Notes under the pieces: generated by a model | Database searches by the model: none | What the model was told of the DNA's origin: nothing | Seen by the model: the letters and a program-made list of their open reading frames with translations, nothing else | IMG/VR virus record: IMGVR_UViG_2630968332_000001 | Location: 65,219 to 129,218 of that record | Source: a virus | Lineage: Duplodnaviria; Caudoviricetes | Length of the DNA: 64,000 nucleotides | Strand: one strand, 5' to 3' | Translations under genes and position numbers: made by a program | Part shown: in pieces, positions 33,739 through 43,328 of the stretch | Layout of the letters: every line of letters begins with the position of its first letter | Position numbering within the stretch: the first letter of the stretch is position 1

Positions 33739-33822
33739 CGAAATTATCTCCCTTATAGCTTGATAATTTCCTCCTTAAAATAAAAACGCAATTTTTGTTA
33801 TTTGTGTGGTTAACGAAATGTA

Positions 33823-34011
33823 TTAGTCGTTATTGATTTCTTCACTCTCATCTGACAAAATCTCAAATGGCACTTTCTTTTTCAGCACTAACTGCTTAGC
33901 AGCCATAGTGAAATACGCATTAACACTTAAACCCATGCTGTCCAATATACGTGTCATATCATCTTTCAACTCTTTATCCAATCTGATAGTAGTTGTGACT
34001 GTTTTTGCCAA
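33823..34011 (-). CDS. Orphan RelB/DinJ-family antitoxin (RHH)
   Basis: TTTIRLDKELKD...LDSMGLSVNAYF...KKVPFEI. GAGGTGG RBS with TTG start. No adjacent toxin. Confidence 0.8.
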   Translation of the reverse strand: MAKTVTTTIRLDKELKDDMTRILDSMGLSVNAYFTMAAKQLVLKKKVPFEILSDESEEINND

Positions 34012-34024
34012 AATACCACCTCTC

Positions 34025-34074
34025 TTGTATGTCATTTGTATTGCTGTTGTAGCACATTTGACATACAAAATCAA
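34025..34074 (-). promoter_or_regulatory. relB promoter with an inverted-repeat operator
   Basis: TTGTATGTCA (34025-34034) and TGACATACAA (34059-34068) flank the -10. TTGATT -35. Confidence 0.6.
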
Positions 34075-34107
34075 GGAATTTGCTTTCTAAAATTCAAATT
34101 TTATGAA

Positions 34108-34590
34108 TTAGCCAGTTGACACTTCAAAACCAGCCGCAGCCAACTCTTGAGCCAACAACTCAATCAGAATGACTTGATATTGGTCGAAAGCGGTGTCCAT
34201 GAATTTTCTACCCTTGTGTGGAACAATACCACCACCGCCATCGTTCAATACACCAGGTAATTCATGTCTGAAATCTTGTCCAGAAACACCTTCATGAATA
34301 CCGAACTCATGATTAGCAGCGTCATATGGCATGGCAGATAATGCACCACCATCAATGTAGATAACCAAAGTGTCCCCACTTACACGAAACATTACTGTAT
34401 TAACCATTTCACCAGTCGTAATATATGAGCTGGTAGATACGTATGCTGGAAATTCATACTCCAGAATATTCTTCATGATATTTACAGCTGTTTCCCTTAT
34501 GGTAGTAGCCAAAGCCTTACGACTAATAGACTTGACCTTCCCCATGTAATCAGGTATCTCAACGTTAGCTCTTGCCTCTAACATTACCAT
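34108..34590 (-). CDS. Tail completion / HK97 gp10-like protein
   Basis: TGEM...GRKFMDTA pattern and position. Confidence 0.55.
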   Translation of the reverse strand: MVMLEARANVEIPDYMGKVKSISRKALATTIRETAVNIMKNILEYEFPAYVSTSSYITTGEMVNTVMFRVSGDTLVIYIDGGALSAMPYDAANHEFGIHEGVSGQDFRHELPGVLNDGGGGIVPHKGRKFMDTAFDQYQVILIELLAQELAAAGFEVSTG

Positions 34591-34605
34591 ATTATATCAT
34601 CTCGC

Positions 34606-35358
34606 TTATTCAGTTTCACCGTTTAGTTCAGAATAGTTTGCTTGGAATTTACTCTTAATACGGTCTTCGTAAGAAATAGATGGCTCATCTACCACAACAG
34701 CGTCAACTGGCTCTACTGGTTCAACTGGTACTACATCGGATGTATCATCATCTTCATTCACAATTTCTTCAACAGCTTGGTCTTCTTCCAATTCCTTAGC
34801 TACTTCTGCTTTAGTCATTTCATCTTCAATATATTCATTTTGTTTTGCATTGACTAAACGCATTGTTTCTTGTGCCACTTCTGCTGCAGCTTCACGACCA
34901 TCTTCTGTCTTACTCATACGTTCAATTAATGAGCCAGATACTTGGTCTTTCATTTCATCTACTAACACTTCAATATCATCATTCTTGATACCATTAACTG
35001 TTTGTAGAATTAACATCTTGTAAACGTCAGACACGATACCTTCTAAGACATGTGTTACTGTAAGCAATGCAAGTGTAGGATTGTCAGCAATTTCTCTAAC
35101 TTCATCATCAGACATTTCTGGGTCAATCTCAATATCAGTTAACATAGGAATTAACTCACGCATAACTGTGTAGCCAGCGATTTCTAATTCCATTTCGTTG
35201 TCTTCGTTATATCTTGCAATTTCATCTTGTAACTCAATAATCTTTTTAATATCATCTTTTGTTGGTTCGTAAATTGTAATTTGTCCTGTTGGAGTGTCTA
35301 CAATTCGATAAACCACTCGTTTCTTTGGGTCATTCTTTAAACTTTGGAGTTTAACCAA
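34606..35358 (-). CDS. Putative tail assembly chaperone
   Basis: Acidic, upstream of the tape measure, ITIYEPT...LIPMLTDIE. Confidence 0.55.
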   Translation of the reverse strand: MVKLQSLKNDPKKRVVYRIVDTPTGQITIYEPTKDDIKKIIELQDEIARYNEDNEMELEIAGYTVMRELIPMLTDIEIDPEMSDDEVREIADNPTLALLTVTHVLEGIVSDVYKMLILQTVNGIKNDDIEVLVDEMKDQVSGSLIERMSKTEDGREAAAEVAQETMRLVNAKQNEYIEDEMTKAEVAKELEEDQAVEEIVNEDDDTSDVVPVEPVEPVDAVVVDEPSISYEDRIKSKFQANYSELNGETE

Positions 35359-35400
35359 TAAACGTTATCCCACCTTATTATTTATTATTTTAACTTAAAT

Positions 35401-35429
35401 ATTATATCATATTATCGTTGTTATGTCAA
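35401..35429 (-). promoter_or_regulatory. Consensus sigma-A promoter
   Basis: TTGACA-17-TATAAT with TG. Confidence 0.75.
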
Positions 35430-35498
35430 TAGATTTTAACAAAATATTTTCATTAAATTATGTACAAAAAGCAAGGCAAAACCTTACTTCTTCAATAT

Positions 35499-35954
35499 TT
35501 ATTCCTTGTTGTCGCCCTTATCATTATCTAACTTTTCTTTTAACTCATTATTAGATTTATCTTCTAATTGAGCTAGATATTTAACTAATGATTTTGGTAT
35601 AGTTACACCTAACTTACCAGCATTTTCTACAATAGAAATACCTTCGTTTGCTAGTAGCGTCATTAATACTGGGAGTCTGGTTATATCAGCTCCGCCAAAG
35701 ACTACCATATCAAGACCATGAGCTACGATAATCACGCACCACATTCCAGCTTTTTTAAAGATACCTTTTGTAAATATCTTAGACTCTATTTCACCATTAT
35801 TAGTGGCATTTGCAAGTCCTGTAAATAAATCAATTAGATTAAACACGAGGAAAAACACTGTTGCTGGGGTAAATCCTCCGATTAAAAAGCTAACTGCTCC
35901 CATTATCATGCCGACATATCCCCCAATATCATATACCATGAGTTTTCCTTTCAT
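35499..35954 (-). CDS. Holin (phage holin family 4 / toxin-secretion type)
   Basis: IDLFTG...KGIFKK...NEGISIVENAGKLGVTIP. Confidence 0.9.
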   Translation of the reverse strand: MKGKLMVYDIGGYVGMIMGAVSFLIGGFTPATVFFLVFNLIDLFTGLANATNNGEIESKIFTKGIFKKAGMWCVIIVAHGLDMVVFGGADITRLPVLMTLLANEGISIVENAGKLGVTIPKSLVKYLAQLEDKSNNELKEKLDNDKGDNKE

Positions 35955-35968
35955 AGTACGTCACTATC

Positions 35969-36193
35969 CTATGCCAAATATGTTGCAAACTTTTTCTTGC
36001 AAATATTGAATGCCTCTTTACGTGTTAAATCATCTAAAGCTTCAGCTTCTTGACCTGCTAAATCTTCTTTAATAATTTTGAATGAACCAGTAATATAGTT
36101 TGAGTCTTCTTGACCTGTGATAGTGATATTAATGCTATCTGTTACACCATCTTGACCGAAGTTGTAACTCATTTGTGTTGTACGAAATTCCAT
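35969..36193 (-). CDS. Small hypothetical tail-associated protein
   Basis: 74-aa ORF with a GAGGT RBS. Confidence 0.7.
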   Translation of the reverse strand: MEFRTTQMSYNFGQDGVTDSINITITGQEDSNYITGSFKIIKEDLAGQEAEALDDLTRKEAFNICKKKFATYLA

Positions 36194-36205
36194 AATTCAT
36201 TACCT

Positions 36206-36355
36206 CTATTCTTTATTATTGTCTTGGTTTTGATTTTCGTATTGTGCTAATTTTTCTTGTAATTCTACTTTTTCAGCAAACAACAATGTGTTTTCATACT
36301 CCAACATTGCGACCTTATTTGCTAATTGTTTTCCAATAATTTCTTCTCTTGTCAT
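36206..36355 (-). CDS. Small coiled-coil protein (49 aa)
   Basis: GGAGG RBS, MTREEIIGKQLANKVAMLEYEN. Not in the ORF track. Confidence 0.75.
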   Translation of the reverse strand: MTREEIIGKQLANKVAMLEYENTLLFAEKVELQEKLAQYENQNQDNNKE

Positions 36356-36367
36356 AATATATCCCTC

Positions 36368-36616
36368 CTATTTTCCAACTACCGACAAACTTTTTTCTAA
36401 ATCTTCTAATTGTTCTTTTAGCATTGTCACCAATAACTTCTTTACACCAATTAAACCGCCATCGGCAATAGCCTCACTATATTTTTCGATAGGTATTTCA
36501 ATTTCACCATGAATATTTAGTTTTTTTAGTGTGTAGTTCATATCAACAAATTTGTTATCCGCTGTGAATAACATGCCACCAAATAAAATTTCGTCTAATA
36601 CATTGCTGTTATCCAT
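36368..36616 (-). CDS. Small hypothetical protein
   Basis: AAGGAGG RBS before ATG (MDNSNVLDEI). Confidence 0.7.
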   Translation of the reverse strand: MDNSNVLDEILFGGMLFTADNKFVDMNYTLKKLNIHGEIEIPIEKYSEAIADGGLIGVKKLLVTMLKEQLEDLEKSLSVVGK

Positions 36617-39600
36617 TGATATTCCTCCTTTCAATTTCTAATATTCTGAAAGTTAAGTCTTCAATTTGTTTTGCTTGTTCTTGTGCTGTTGCAATCAATC
36701 CAGTAATTAAATTATTTGTATTTACCCCTTTGTCACGTGTCGTTATAAACTCTTGCGGCAGATTATATTTTTTAACTTCGTTTACATCATCTATGATAGC
36801 TCCATAATTATCCTTTTCTTCACTAGACTGTGTCTTATAACGATATTTGCACAAATCAATACTTAAAAGCTTTGACATAAAATCTTTTGTATCTAAAGGC
36901 TCTATGTCAATTTTCTGACTTAATTGTGAGGTAGTTGTAAAAGCGTGAGCTTGAACCTCCCATAGGTGCATACTTGCAAAATGATTTTTATAGTCTTCAC
37001 CATCTCTTGTTGTCCGCTTATTAACAACATCTATCCATTGATTTCCGTCATATCCAAATAATCTTTCGCCACCATCTTTTGACCCAAATATAAAACCATT
37101 CACCCATGCGTTTGAATTATGTGGTTCTGATTTAACAGCCATTGTGCTTCTATATGACATTATTTCTAATTCTTTCCATCCGTTATCATGAATAGTCCCC
37201 AATAAGGTAGCGTCATCTTGCCAATTATAATTTTCTTGGTCGCTCCAGAAGTAGTTGCTCGTATAATGATGTATACCACGTCCTCTACCAGCACCAAAAC
37301 CAGTGGCATTAACGTTGAATAAAGACCAATATTCGCCCGCACCTACTGCACCACTGCTACTTCTGTATGAAGTACCTTCTTGCCATATACTAAATTCATC
37401 ACTACCACCAGTAACATCAATTACAAACCCCATTCCATTATAATTAGTAGGGTGGTCTAAATGTTTACGTGCAGTATAATTAGTTCTATCGTTATATGAA
37501 CCGTCCCAAGCAGTCAAATTACCCAAACGGGCATACCCTGGCTTGTGGTGATAAGGGAAGTCTTCTATACCTTCGGCTTCGGTGTACTTCCAGAAATCTA
37601 GTCCACCTCCACTAAAGGTAAAGTATTGATTTCTATTTTGCGAGTATGATATATCTAATCCATTTGGTGTGAACTCTAATTTACTACCAGTTTTGTCATC
37701 TAATACCATACCTTTAGCATTCAACGTGCCATTTATTCTTGTATTACCATTTATAGTCAAACCACCAGAGTCCAATCTCATTTGTACATCTGTCATATTA
37801 GGCGACCAACCTGTTGGTGGGAGTGGTGACTTAACTAACATATAACCAGCTGTCCATATCGAGCCACCTATGTGATTATAAGGTTCAATTCTCCAGTTAT
37901 ATCTAGTAGTACCATCGCCAGTAAATTTATACGTATTCCATACCCATGTCTTAGTTTTACCCTTGAATGTTCTATTAAAATCAATAGCTTCGCCAGCAAA
38001 ATATTTATTAGCACTTCCGCTAGTTTGACCCTTGTCTAAACTTGCATATACAGATAAGTTTCTAAATGCTCCAGCATTACTATCTGTCATAAGGTATACA
38101 CCAAACCAGTATGTTTCACCATTCTCTAAATAAATACCGTCATTTTTGTTATAGGCACTTCCGTAGTCATTCCATACATGCCCCATCTTAGTGATACTTG
38201 GTTGATTAGGGACTGATGGCAATCCACTACCTTCGATTTTTTGGAAATCGAAACTATTAGTATTATTTTCAGAATATCCATCAAATGTATCACTATTTGT
38301 TAGTAAGTTATTTACTCCACCAGTGGCTGCACCAGCTTCTTGTACTCTCAATAAGAACTTACTATTGTCTTGCAAGAACTCGGTGCGACTATTTAGTGGA
38401 CTGATTTTATTATCAACGTCTGTCTTGGTATAAACCGTATTAAATTTGTTGGCATTGGCTGTAATTTGACCTTGTAAATCTCCTATTTTATTATCAAAAT
38501 CTTCTGGACTAGGTGACCAATCTGTTGCAATAGTGCCTTTTTCAAGTTTTAAAGAGTTGATGTGTACCCATACATTAGCTGTTGTAGGATAAATATATAA
38601 TGTTCTATTATCTGACTGGAACATTACTTGTCCACTATATTTTTGCCAACTTGTACCAATTTTTTGATTAAATCTTGTATTTTGATTGGACTCAACTTGC
38701 ATATAAGTTTCCTCATCTGCTTTAGCCCAAAAACTAACTATATAAGTTTCACCAGCTTTTACTTTAGGAGTTTGCGTCAAAGCATTTTGACTATTAGCTG
38801 TTGTAGACATAATATCCATAGTTTGGTTATCATTAGGTACACCACTAGGCTTATTAGTATTTTGCGTACCCATATGAGCTGTACCTGTATAACCCCAGTT
38901 ACTACCATCACTAAAGCGTGTATTTCTCAACAAGTTAGTTCCGCCAATACCGTTTGTTATACTCGTAAACTTGGTACTCCATTCCTTAGCACTATTAGTC
39001 ATTTCTTGTCTATATTGCCCAATATCAGTTGTATTGGTTCTCACAGTTCTTTCTAAATCACCAATTCTAGTAGTCATTGTTTCACTTAACTCGATTGCAT
39101 TATCATCAGCTCTAGTAATGCTTATGTCAGCAAAATATATCTTTTCATTATCGCTAACCATCTTTTCTACTTGCAACCATGGTTGTGCAATATTATAACC
39201 ATTAGGTATTGTGATTGTACCTTTTATCTTAATCCATCTATTTTGATTATCTTTGGGCACTGTTACTCCCAAATGCGTCACGTTGTTATTATTGCTATTT
39301 TTTACATATAACCCAACTTTGCCAGAATACTTTTGACTTGTATAAACCCAAGCAGAAATATAATACTTAGTTCCGCTTGTAACTGGGAATATATTGTTTG
39401 CTTCTAATGCGTCACGAGTACCAGAGGCAAGGCAATAGTTAGAACTCATTTCATCTGGCTTTGGAGTAGTAGTAGTACGATAAAAGTCACTACCGTATAC
39501 ACTTGCAACATACCAACCACCTAAATCAGTACCATCATCAAAACTAGACTTGATAACCATATTATTACCACGCTTTGTTAAAGCACTAATCTTTTCCTGT

Positions 39601-42600
39601 GTGCCATTAGCCAATTCAGTAATCTTGTGTTCATACTTCCCGATTTCGCCAGTACTATCGTTGTATTGTATTTGACTAATCATACGTTCAAACTTCGTAT
39701 CAGTTTGCGTAGTCTTAGTAGTAGCTGTGTTAATTCCTTCTTGTAAATCCTCTGGAGCTGGCGACCAATCTGTTGGCATATTTCCTTTTTCTAGCTTGAG
39801 TTCTTTCCAACTCAATGAAACAGATACCCCATCACCAGCACCAATAACCAAGTTAGCACCAGTAATTTCTTTGTTAAGTGTTCCATGAACTTCACTATAT
39901 CCACTTTGTCCAGCTTTAATTACATTGCCCTTGAATAGACCATTACCACCAACATATATTTGTAGCCAACTATCCTTATTAGGGTTTTCTATCCAAACCC
40001 TTGCTGTGAAATTGTCTAATGGATATATACTCCTAAAGAAATCAGTAGTATAAGGTAATCTTACCCAGTCATTAGTAGTACTCTTTTGTTGTAAATCACG
40101 ACTTGTCCCTTTCAACAAATTAGTTCCACCGACACTCAAGTTATCCAGTCTATTACTTACACTAGCTACCTGTGTACTTACACCCTTGATACCTTCATTA
40201 ATTTGTGTAGTAACTTTAGAAAACTCACCAGTGTTTGCATTATATCCAGTCTTTTCAGTTAATCTGTCAAATCCATCTTTAGTTTGTGTTGCAACTGTTT
40301 TAACCGACTCAATGCTTGCGTCTGTATCTTCTGGAGCTGGCGACCAGTCAGTTGCGATTGTCCCTTTCTCTACCTGAGCCATCTTAGCCCAATAAGTAAC
40401 AATACCATTTCTATCTTTATTACGTGTATGAAGTCTAACGCTAGTTGTATCAGCTAATAATGTTTTGGTAAATACCAATCTCTTTTCTTCGCCAGGACTT
40501 ACCCATACGCTCACATCTGATGACGAACCATTTGACTTGTTTTCGCCATTGGCATTCAATTGATATATTTCTAAGTCTATCCTACCAGCACTAGAACTAT
40601 CATTTTTAACCCACGCACTAAACGTATATGTTTCTCCACCTTCTACTGGTGTATCAACCGCTTGGTGATTAGGTGTTAAGTAGTCAACACCCCAGCTACC
40701 ATTACCAGTAAATTTGACATAATCCCTAGTGGTGTTACGCATTAAGTTAGTCCCACCGACTTGAATACCGTCAACCTTATCATTAACCCCATCAATCTTC
40801 TTGCTTACTTCACTAACTTCGCTCTTGATTTTATCTGGGAATACTTTAATGTCTGCCTCATTCTTAGCGACTCTGTTTGTTAAATCATTTACTGTTGATT
40901 GTGAAGCCTTTAAATCAACTTCGCCTTTTAATACATTCACGCTTGTATTAGTAGCTTTAATATCATTTCCTAATTTTTCTGTTTGCGTATTGAGTAAGTT
41001 AATCTTTTCAGAGTCTTGTTCAATCTTTGTTCTTTGCTTAATTAGACTAGCTTGTTGGTCTAATGGGTTTACTTCATAAGTCCCATCATTTACATCAGAA
41101 AACTTAGCAAAGAAATTAGTTAGATACATGTCATATCCAGTAATTGTTTCTGGAACTACGATACATGCTTTAGCCACATCATTTCTATCATTACTTGTCT
41201 TATATACACCACGTGCATATCTAAAATTGCTACCAGATTTAGTAATTTGACTTGCGGATAAACCTAATTTTTGTAATGTAATATCCTCGTAATTTACCCT
41301 GTTGTTTGAAACGTCATAGTATTCAATTCTCAAAACATATGGTGAGATATTACCTGTCCCATCTAATGCCACATCTACACCAACAACTAACTTCCCTTGT
41401 TTGACTGGGAAATAGTTAGTCCTTGCACCTAATGCAGTGCCAGTTGTAGCTCTATTAACCCTTATCCATGTGCCATCTAGTCCATTAGGCTTTGTTAAAC
41501 TAATCTTAGAACTTGTATCTCTCCAGTTTTCAAGTGTAGCATTGCCATTATTATCTGTAACAAGGAATGAACTGTTTAAAATTAAGTTGCTACCTCCGTC
41601 AGATAAAGCACCTATCTTAGCATTAGTTTGCTTTTCATATTCAGTACTTAATTCCTGTGATGTAGCCCTTAATCTGCCACTAAATTCTTCTGTTAAACCA
41701 GTAACCTTATCATTTGTGTACTTCTTAGCATTAGCTTCGATTCCATCTGCCCTTTGTGTAAATGTGCTACTTACATTTTCTATCTTTTTATCTGTTTCAG
41801 TTTGTCTCTTTACAATTCCACTGATTTGGTCGTTATATACATCAAATTGTGCCTCTGTATGTTCTACACGCTTGTATATATCTTGTGCATTGTCTTCCCA
41901 AGCGTAAACAGTTTCTCCTACTTCTAGCTTAGGTCTATTAAGGTATAATACCGTATCGCTTACAATATTGTTTCTTTGGAAAGTAAACTTCATCTTGGTT
42001 GCACTAGCTACAATAGTTGCATAATATCTTTGCCAATCAGTTATTACCTTTGTATCATGTGGTGCATATATACCTTTCATAACACCATTAAATGCTTTAC
42101 CATCGTCTGCGACCAAGGTAACACCACCGTTAGTAGCCTTACTTACCTTTGCAAAAATAGAAACAGAATATGTCTTGCCAACTTCCAACCCATCTATTGT
42201 AATATACAAATATGCTCCACTGTTGATTTCAGCTACTTTGGCATGATTATAACTATCATCATTAACTCTACCTAAAGCCTTATCACTAAATTCCCAGCCC
42301 ATAAACTCTCTTGTGCCAGTAAAGATATTAGCTTTCTTGACTTGGAAATCATCAATATTATTAGCTAAAGTGTCCTTAGACACCTTTTCTTCAATCTTGC
42401 CAGCTAACTGTGTGATATTACTTCCTTGTGTTGTAACAGTACCAGTCAACACATCTAAGTCTTGTTTTGTAGCTTTTGATTGTAATTCATTTTTAGTTTG
42501 TGTAATTTCTGTTTCATTATGTTCAATGCGTTCTTTGTATTCATCAAAATCCGTGTTAGACATCTTGCTATCTAACTTGCCATTAATATTAGTGATTTCT

Positions 42601-43193
42601 GTTCTAACTTTGCCCCAATCCATTTGTGCATTGGTTAGGTCATTTCTAACACTAGCTAATTGAGCTGATGTAGCAGTTAAATCACTTTTAGTACTTTCAA
42701 TAACCGCATTGATTTGTTCAATTTCAGTATTCTTTTGGTCTATATCGCCCTGAATATCGGTTTTAGCTTGTTCCAATTCTTTATTGATAGCCTTTTGGTC
42801 TTCCATAAATTGAGCCATGCTATCATCTAATTCTTTTTGAGCGTCTTTATAAGCCTGTAATGCTTCTGCTTGTGCTTTCTTAGCGTCTTCCACAGCTTGA
42901 TTGATAATCTTTTGCGCTTCTTCTTCACTTAGCCCTACATTTTGAGCAACTTCATCAAGTTTTTGCTGAAGATTGTCGGCTGCTTGTTGAGCATTTTGAG
43001 CGGCTTGTGTACTCTCATCTACCTTTTGTTGTAGGTCGCTAAAACCCTTGCCACCACCTAAAAAGATTTCGTTGATGGCTTCTACTAAATTATCCTTGCT
43101 TTCGGTCTTTAATTCCTCGATAACCCCAACGTCTTTTACGGTAGCGTCATGGTATTCTCCGTTTTCTAAATATTTAATAGTCTTCTTAGCCAT
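36609..43193 (-). CDS. Large tail fibre / host-specificity protein with repeated CBM-like modules and a C-terminal S74-like chaperone
   Basis: Coiled coils alternate with GGTNLL...LEKG..ATDWSPAPED modules. C-terminal S..SQKIDI..LD...YRYK followed by a coil. Confidence 0.85.
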   Translation of the reverse strand: MAKKTIKYLENGEYHDATVKDVGVIEELKTESKDNLVEAINEIFLGGGKGFSDLQQKVDESTQAAQNAQQAADNLQQKLDEVAQNVGLSEEEAQKIINQAVEDAKKAQAEALQAYKDAQKELDDSMAQFMEDQKAINKELEQAKTDIQGDIDQKNTEIEQINAVIESTKSDLTATSAQLASVRNDLTNAQMDWGKVRTEITNINGKLDSKMSNTDFDEYKERIEHNETEITQTKNELQSKATKQDLDVLTGTVTTQGSNITQLAGKIEEKVSKDTLANNIDDFQVKKANIFTGTREFMGWEFSDKALGRVNDDSYNHAKVAEINSGAYLYITIDGLEVGKTYSVSIFAKVSKATNGGVTLVADDGKAFNGVMKGIYAPHDTKVITDWQRYYATIVASATKMKFTFQRNNIVSDTVLYLNRPKLEVGETVYAWEDNAQDIYKRVEHTEAQFDVYNDQISGIVKRQTETDKKIENVSSTFTQRADGIEANAKKYTNDKVTGLTEEFSGRLRATSQELSTEYEKQTNAKIGALSDGGSNLILNSSFLVTDNNGNATLENWRDTSSKISLTKPNGLDGTWIRVNRATTGTALGARTNYFPVKQGKLVVGVDVALDGTGNISPYVLRIEYYDVSNNRVNYEDITLQKLGLSASQITKSGSNFRYARGVYKTSNDRNDVAKACIVVPETITGYDMYLTNFFAKFSDVNDGTYEVNPLDQQASLIKQRTKIEQDSEKINLLNTQTEKLGNDIKATNTSVNVLKGEVDLKASQSTVNDLTNRVAKNEADIKVFPDKIKSEVSEVSKKIDGVNDKVDGIQVGGTNLMRNTTRDYVKFTGNGSWGVDYLTPNHQAVDTPVEGGETYTFSAWVKNDSSSAGRIDLEIYQLNANGENKSNGSSSDVSVWVSPGEEKRLVFTKTLLADTTSVRLHTRNKDRNGIVTYWAKMAQVEKGTIATDWSPAPEDTDASIESVKTVATQTKDGFDRLTEKTGYNANTGEFSKVTTQINEGIKGVSTQVASVSNRLDNLSVGGTNLLKGTSRDLQQKSTTNDWVRLPYTTDFFRSIYPLDNFTARVWIENPNKDSWLQIYVGGNGLFKGNVIKAGQSGYSEVHGTLNKEITGANLVIGAGDGVSVSLSWKELKLEKGNMPTDWSPAPEDLQEGINTATTKTTQTDTKFERMISQIQYNDSTGEIGKYEHKITELANGTQEKISALTKRGNNMVIKSSFDDGTDLGGWYVASVYGSDFYRTTTTPKPDEMSSNYCLASGTRDALEANNIFPVTSGTKYYISAWVYTSQKYSGKVGLYVKNSNNNNVTHLGVTVPKDNQNRWIKIKGTITIPNGYNIAQPWLQVEKMVSDNEKIYFADISITRADDNAIELSETMTTRIGDLERTVRTNTTDIGQYRQEMTNSAKEWSTKFTSITNGIGGTNLLRNTRFSDGSNWGYTGTAHMGTQNTNKPSGVPNDNQTMDIMSTTANSQNALTQTPKVKAGETYIVSFWAKADEETYMQVESNQNTRFNQKIGTSWQKYSGQVMFQSDNRTLYIYPTTANVWVHINSLKLEKGTIATDWSPSPEDFDNKIGDLQGQITANANKFNTVYTKTDVDNKISPLNSRTEFLQDNSKFLLRVQEAGAATGGVNNLLTNSDTFDGYSENNTNSFDFQKIEGSGLPSVPNQPSITKMGHVWNDYGSAYNKNDGIYLENGETYWFGVYLMTDSNAGAFRNLSVYASLDKGQTSGSANKYFAGEAIDFNRTFKGKTKTWVWNTYKFTGDGTTRYNWRIEPYNHIGGSIWTAGYMLVKSPLPPTGWSPNMTDVQMRLDSGGLTINGNTRINGTLNAKGMVLDDKTGSKLEFTPNGLDISYSQNRNQYFTFSGGGLDFWKYTEAEGIEDFPYHHKPGYARLGNLTAWDGSYNDRTNYTARKHLDHPTNYNGMGFVIDVTGGSDEFSIWQEGTSYRSSSGAVGAGEYWSLFNVNATGFGAGRGRGIHHYTSNYFWSDQENYNWQDDATLLGTIHDNGWKELEIMSYRSTMAVKSEPHNSNAWVNGFIFGSKDGGERLFGYDGNQWIDVVNKRTTRDGEDYKNHFASMHLWEVQAHAFTTTSQLSQKIDIEPLDTKDFMSKLLSIDLCKYRYKTQSSEEKDNYGAIIDDVNEVKKYNLPQEFITTRDKGVNTNNLITGLIATAQEQAKQIEDLTFRILEIERRNING

Positions 43194-43301
43194 TCAACGA
43201 AATCTCTCCTCTACGTATTAATCTCTCTTATTTCATGAATACTTTCTATTCAATTTTCTAATATGTACGACAACCCCTATCGTAATGACAGAGATTGTTT
43301 A

Positions 43302-43315
43302 TGATAACGCTTACA
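43302..43315. promoter_or_regulatory. cre-like operator
   Basis: TGATAACGCTTACA matches the cre consensus exactly. Confidence 0.55.
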
Positions 43316-43328
43316 TTTTATGGCTTAA

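Noticed and set aside
32701-43193. Shufflon or DGR acting on the tail fibre
   Set aside because: No inverted cassettes, reverse transcriptase or template/variable repeat pair was seen. The repeats are direct and in frame.
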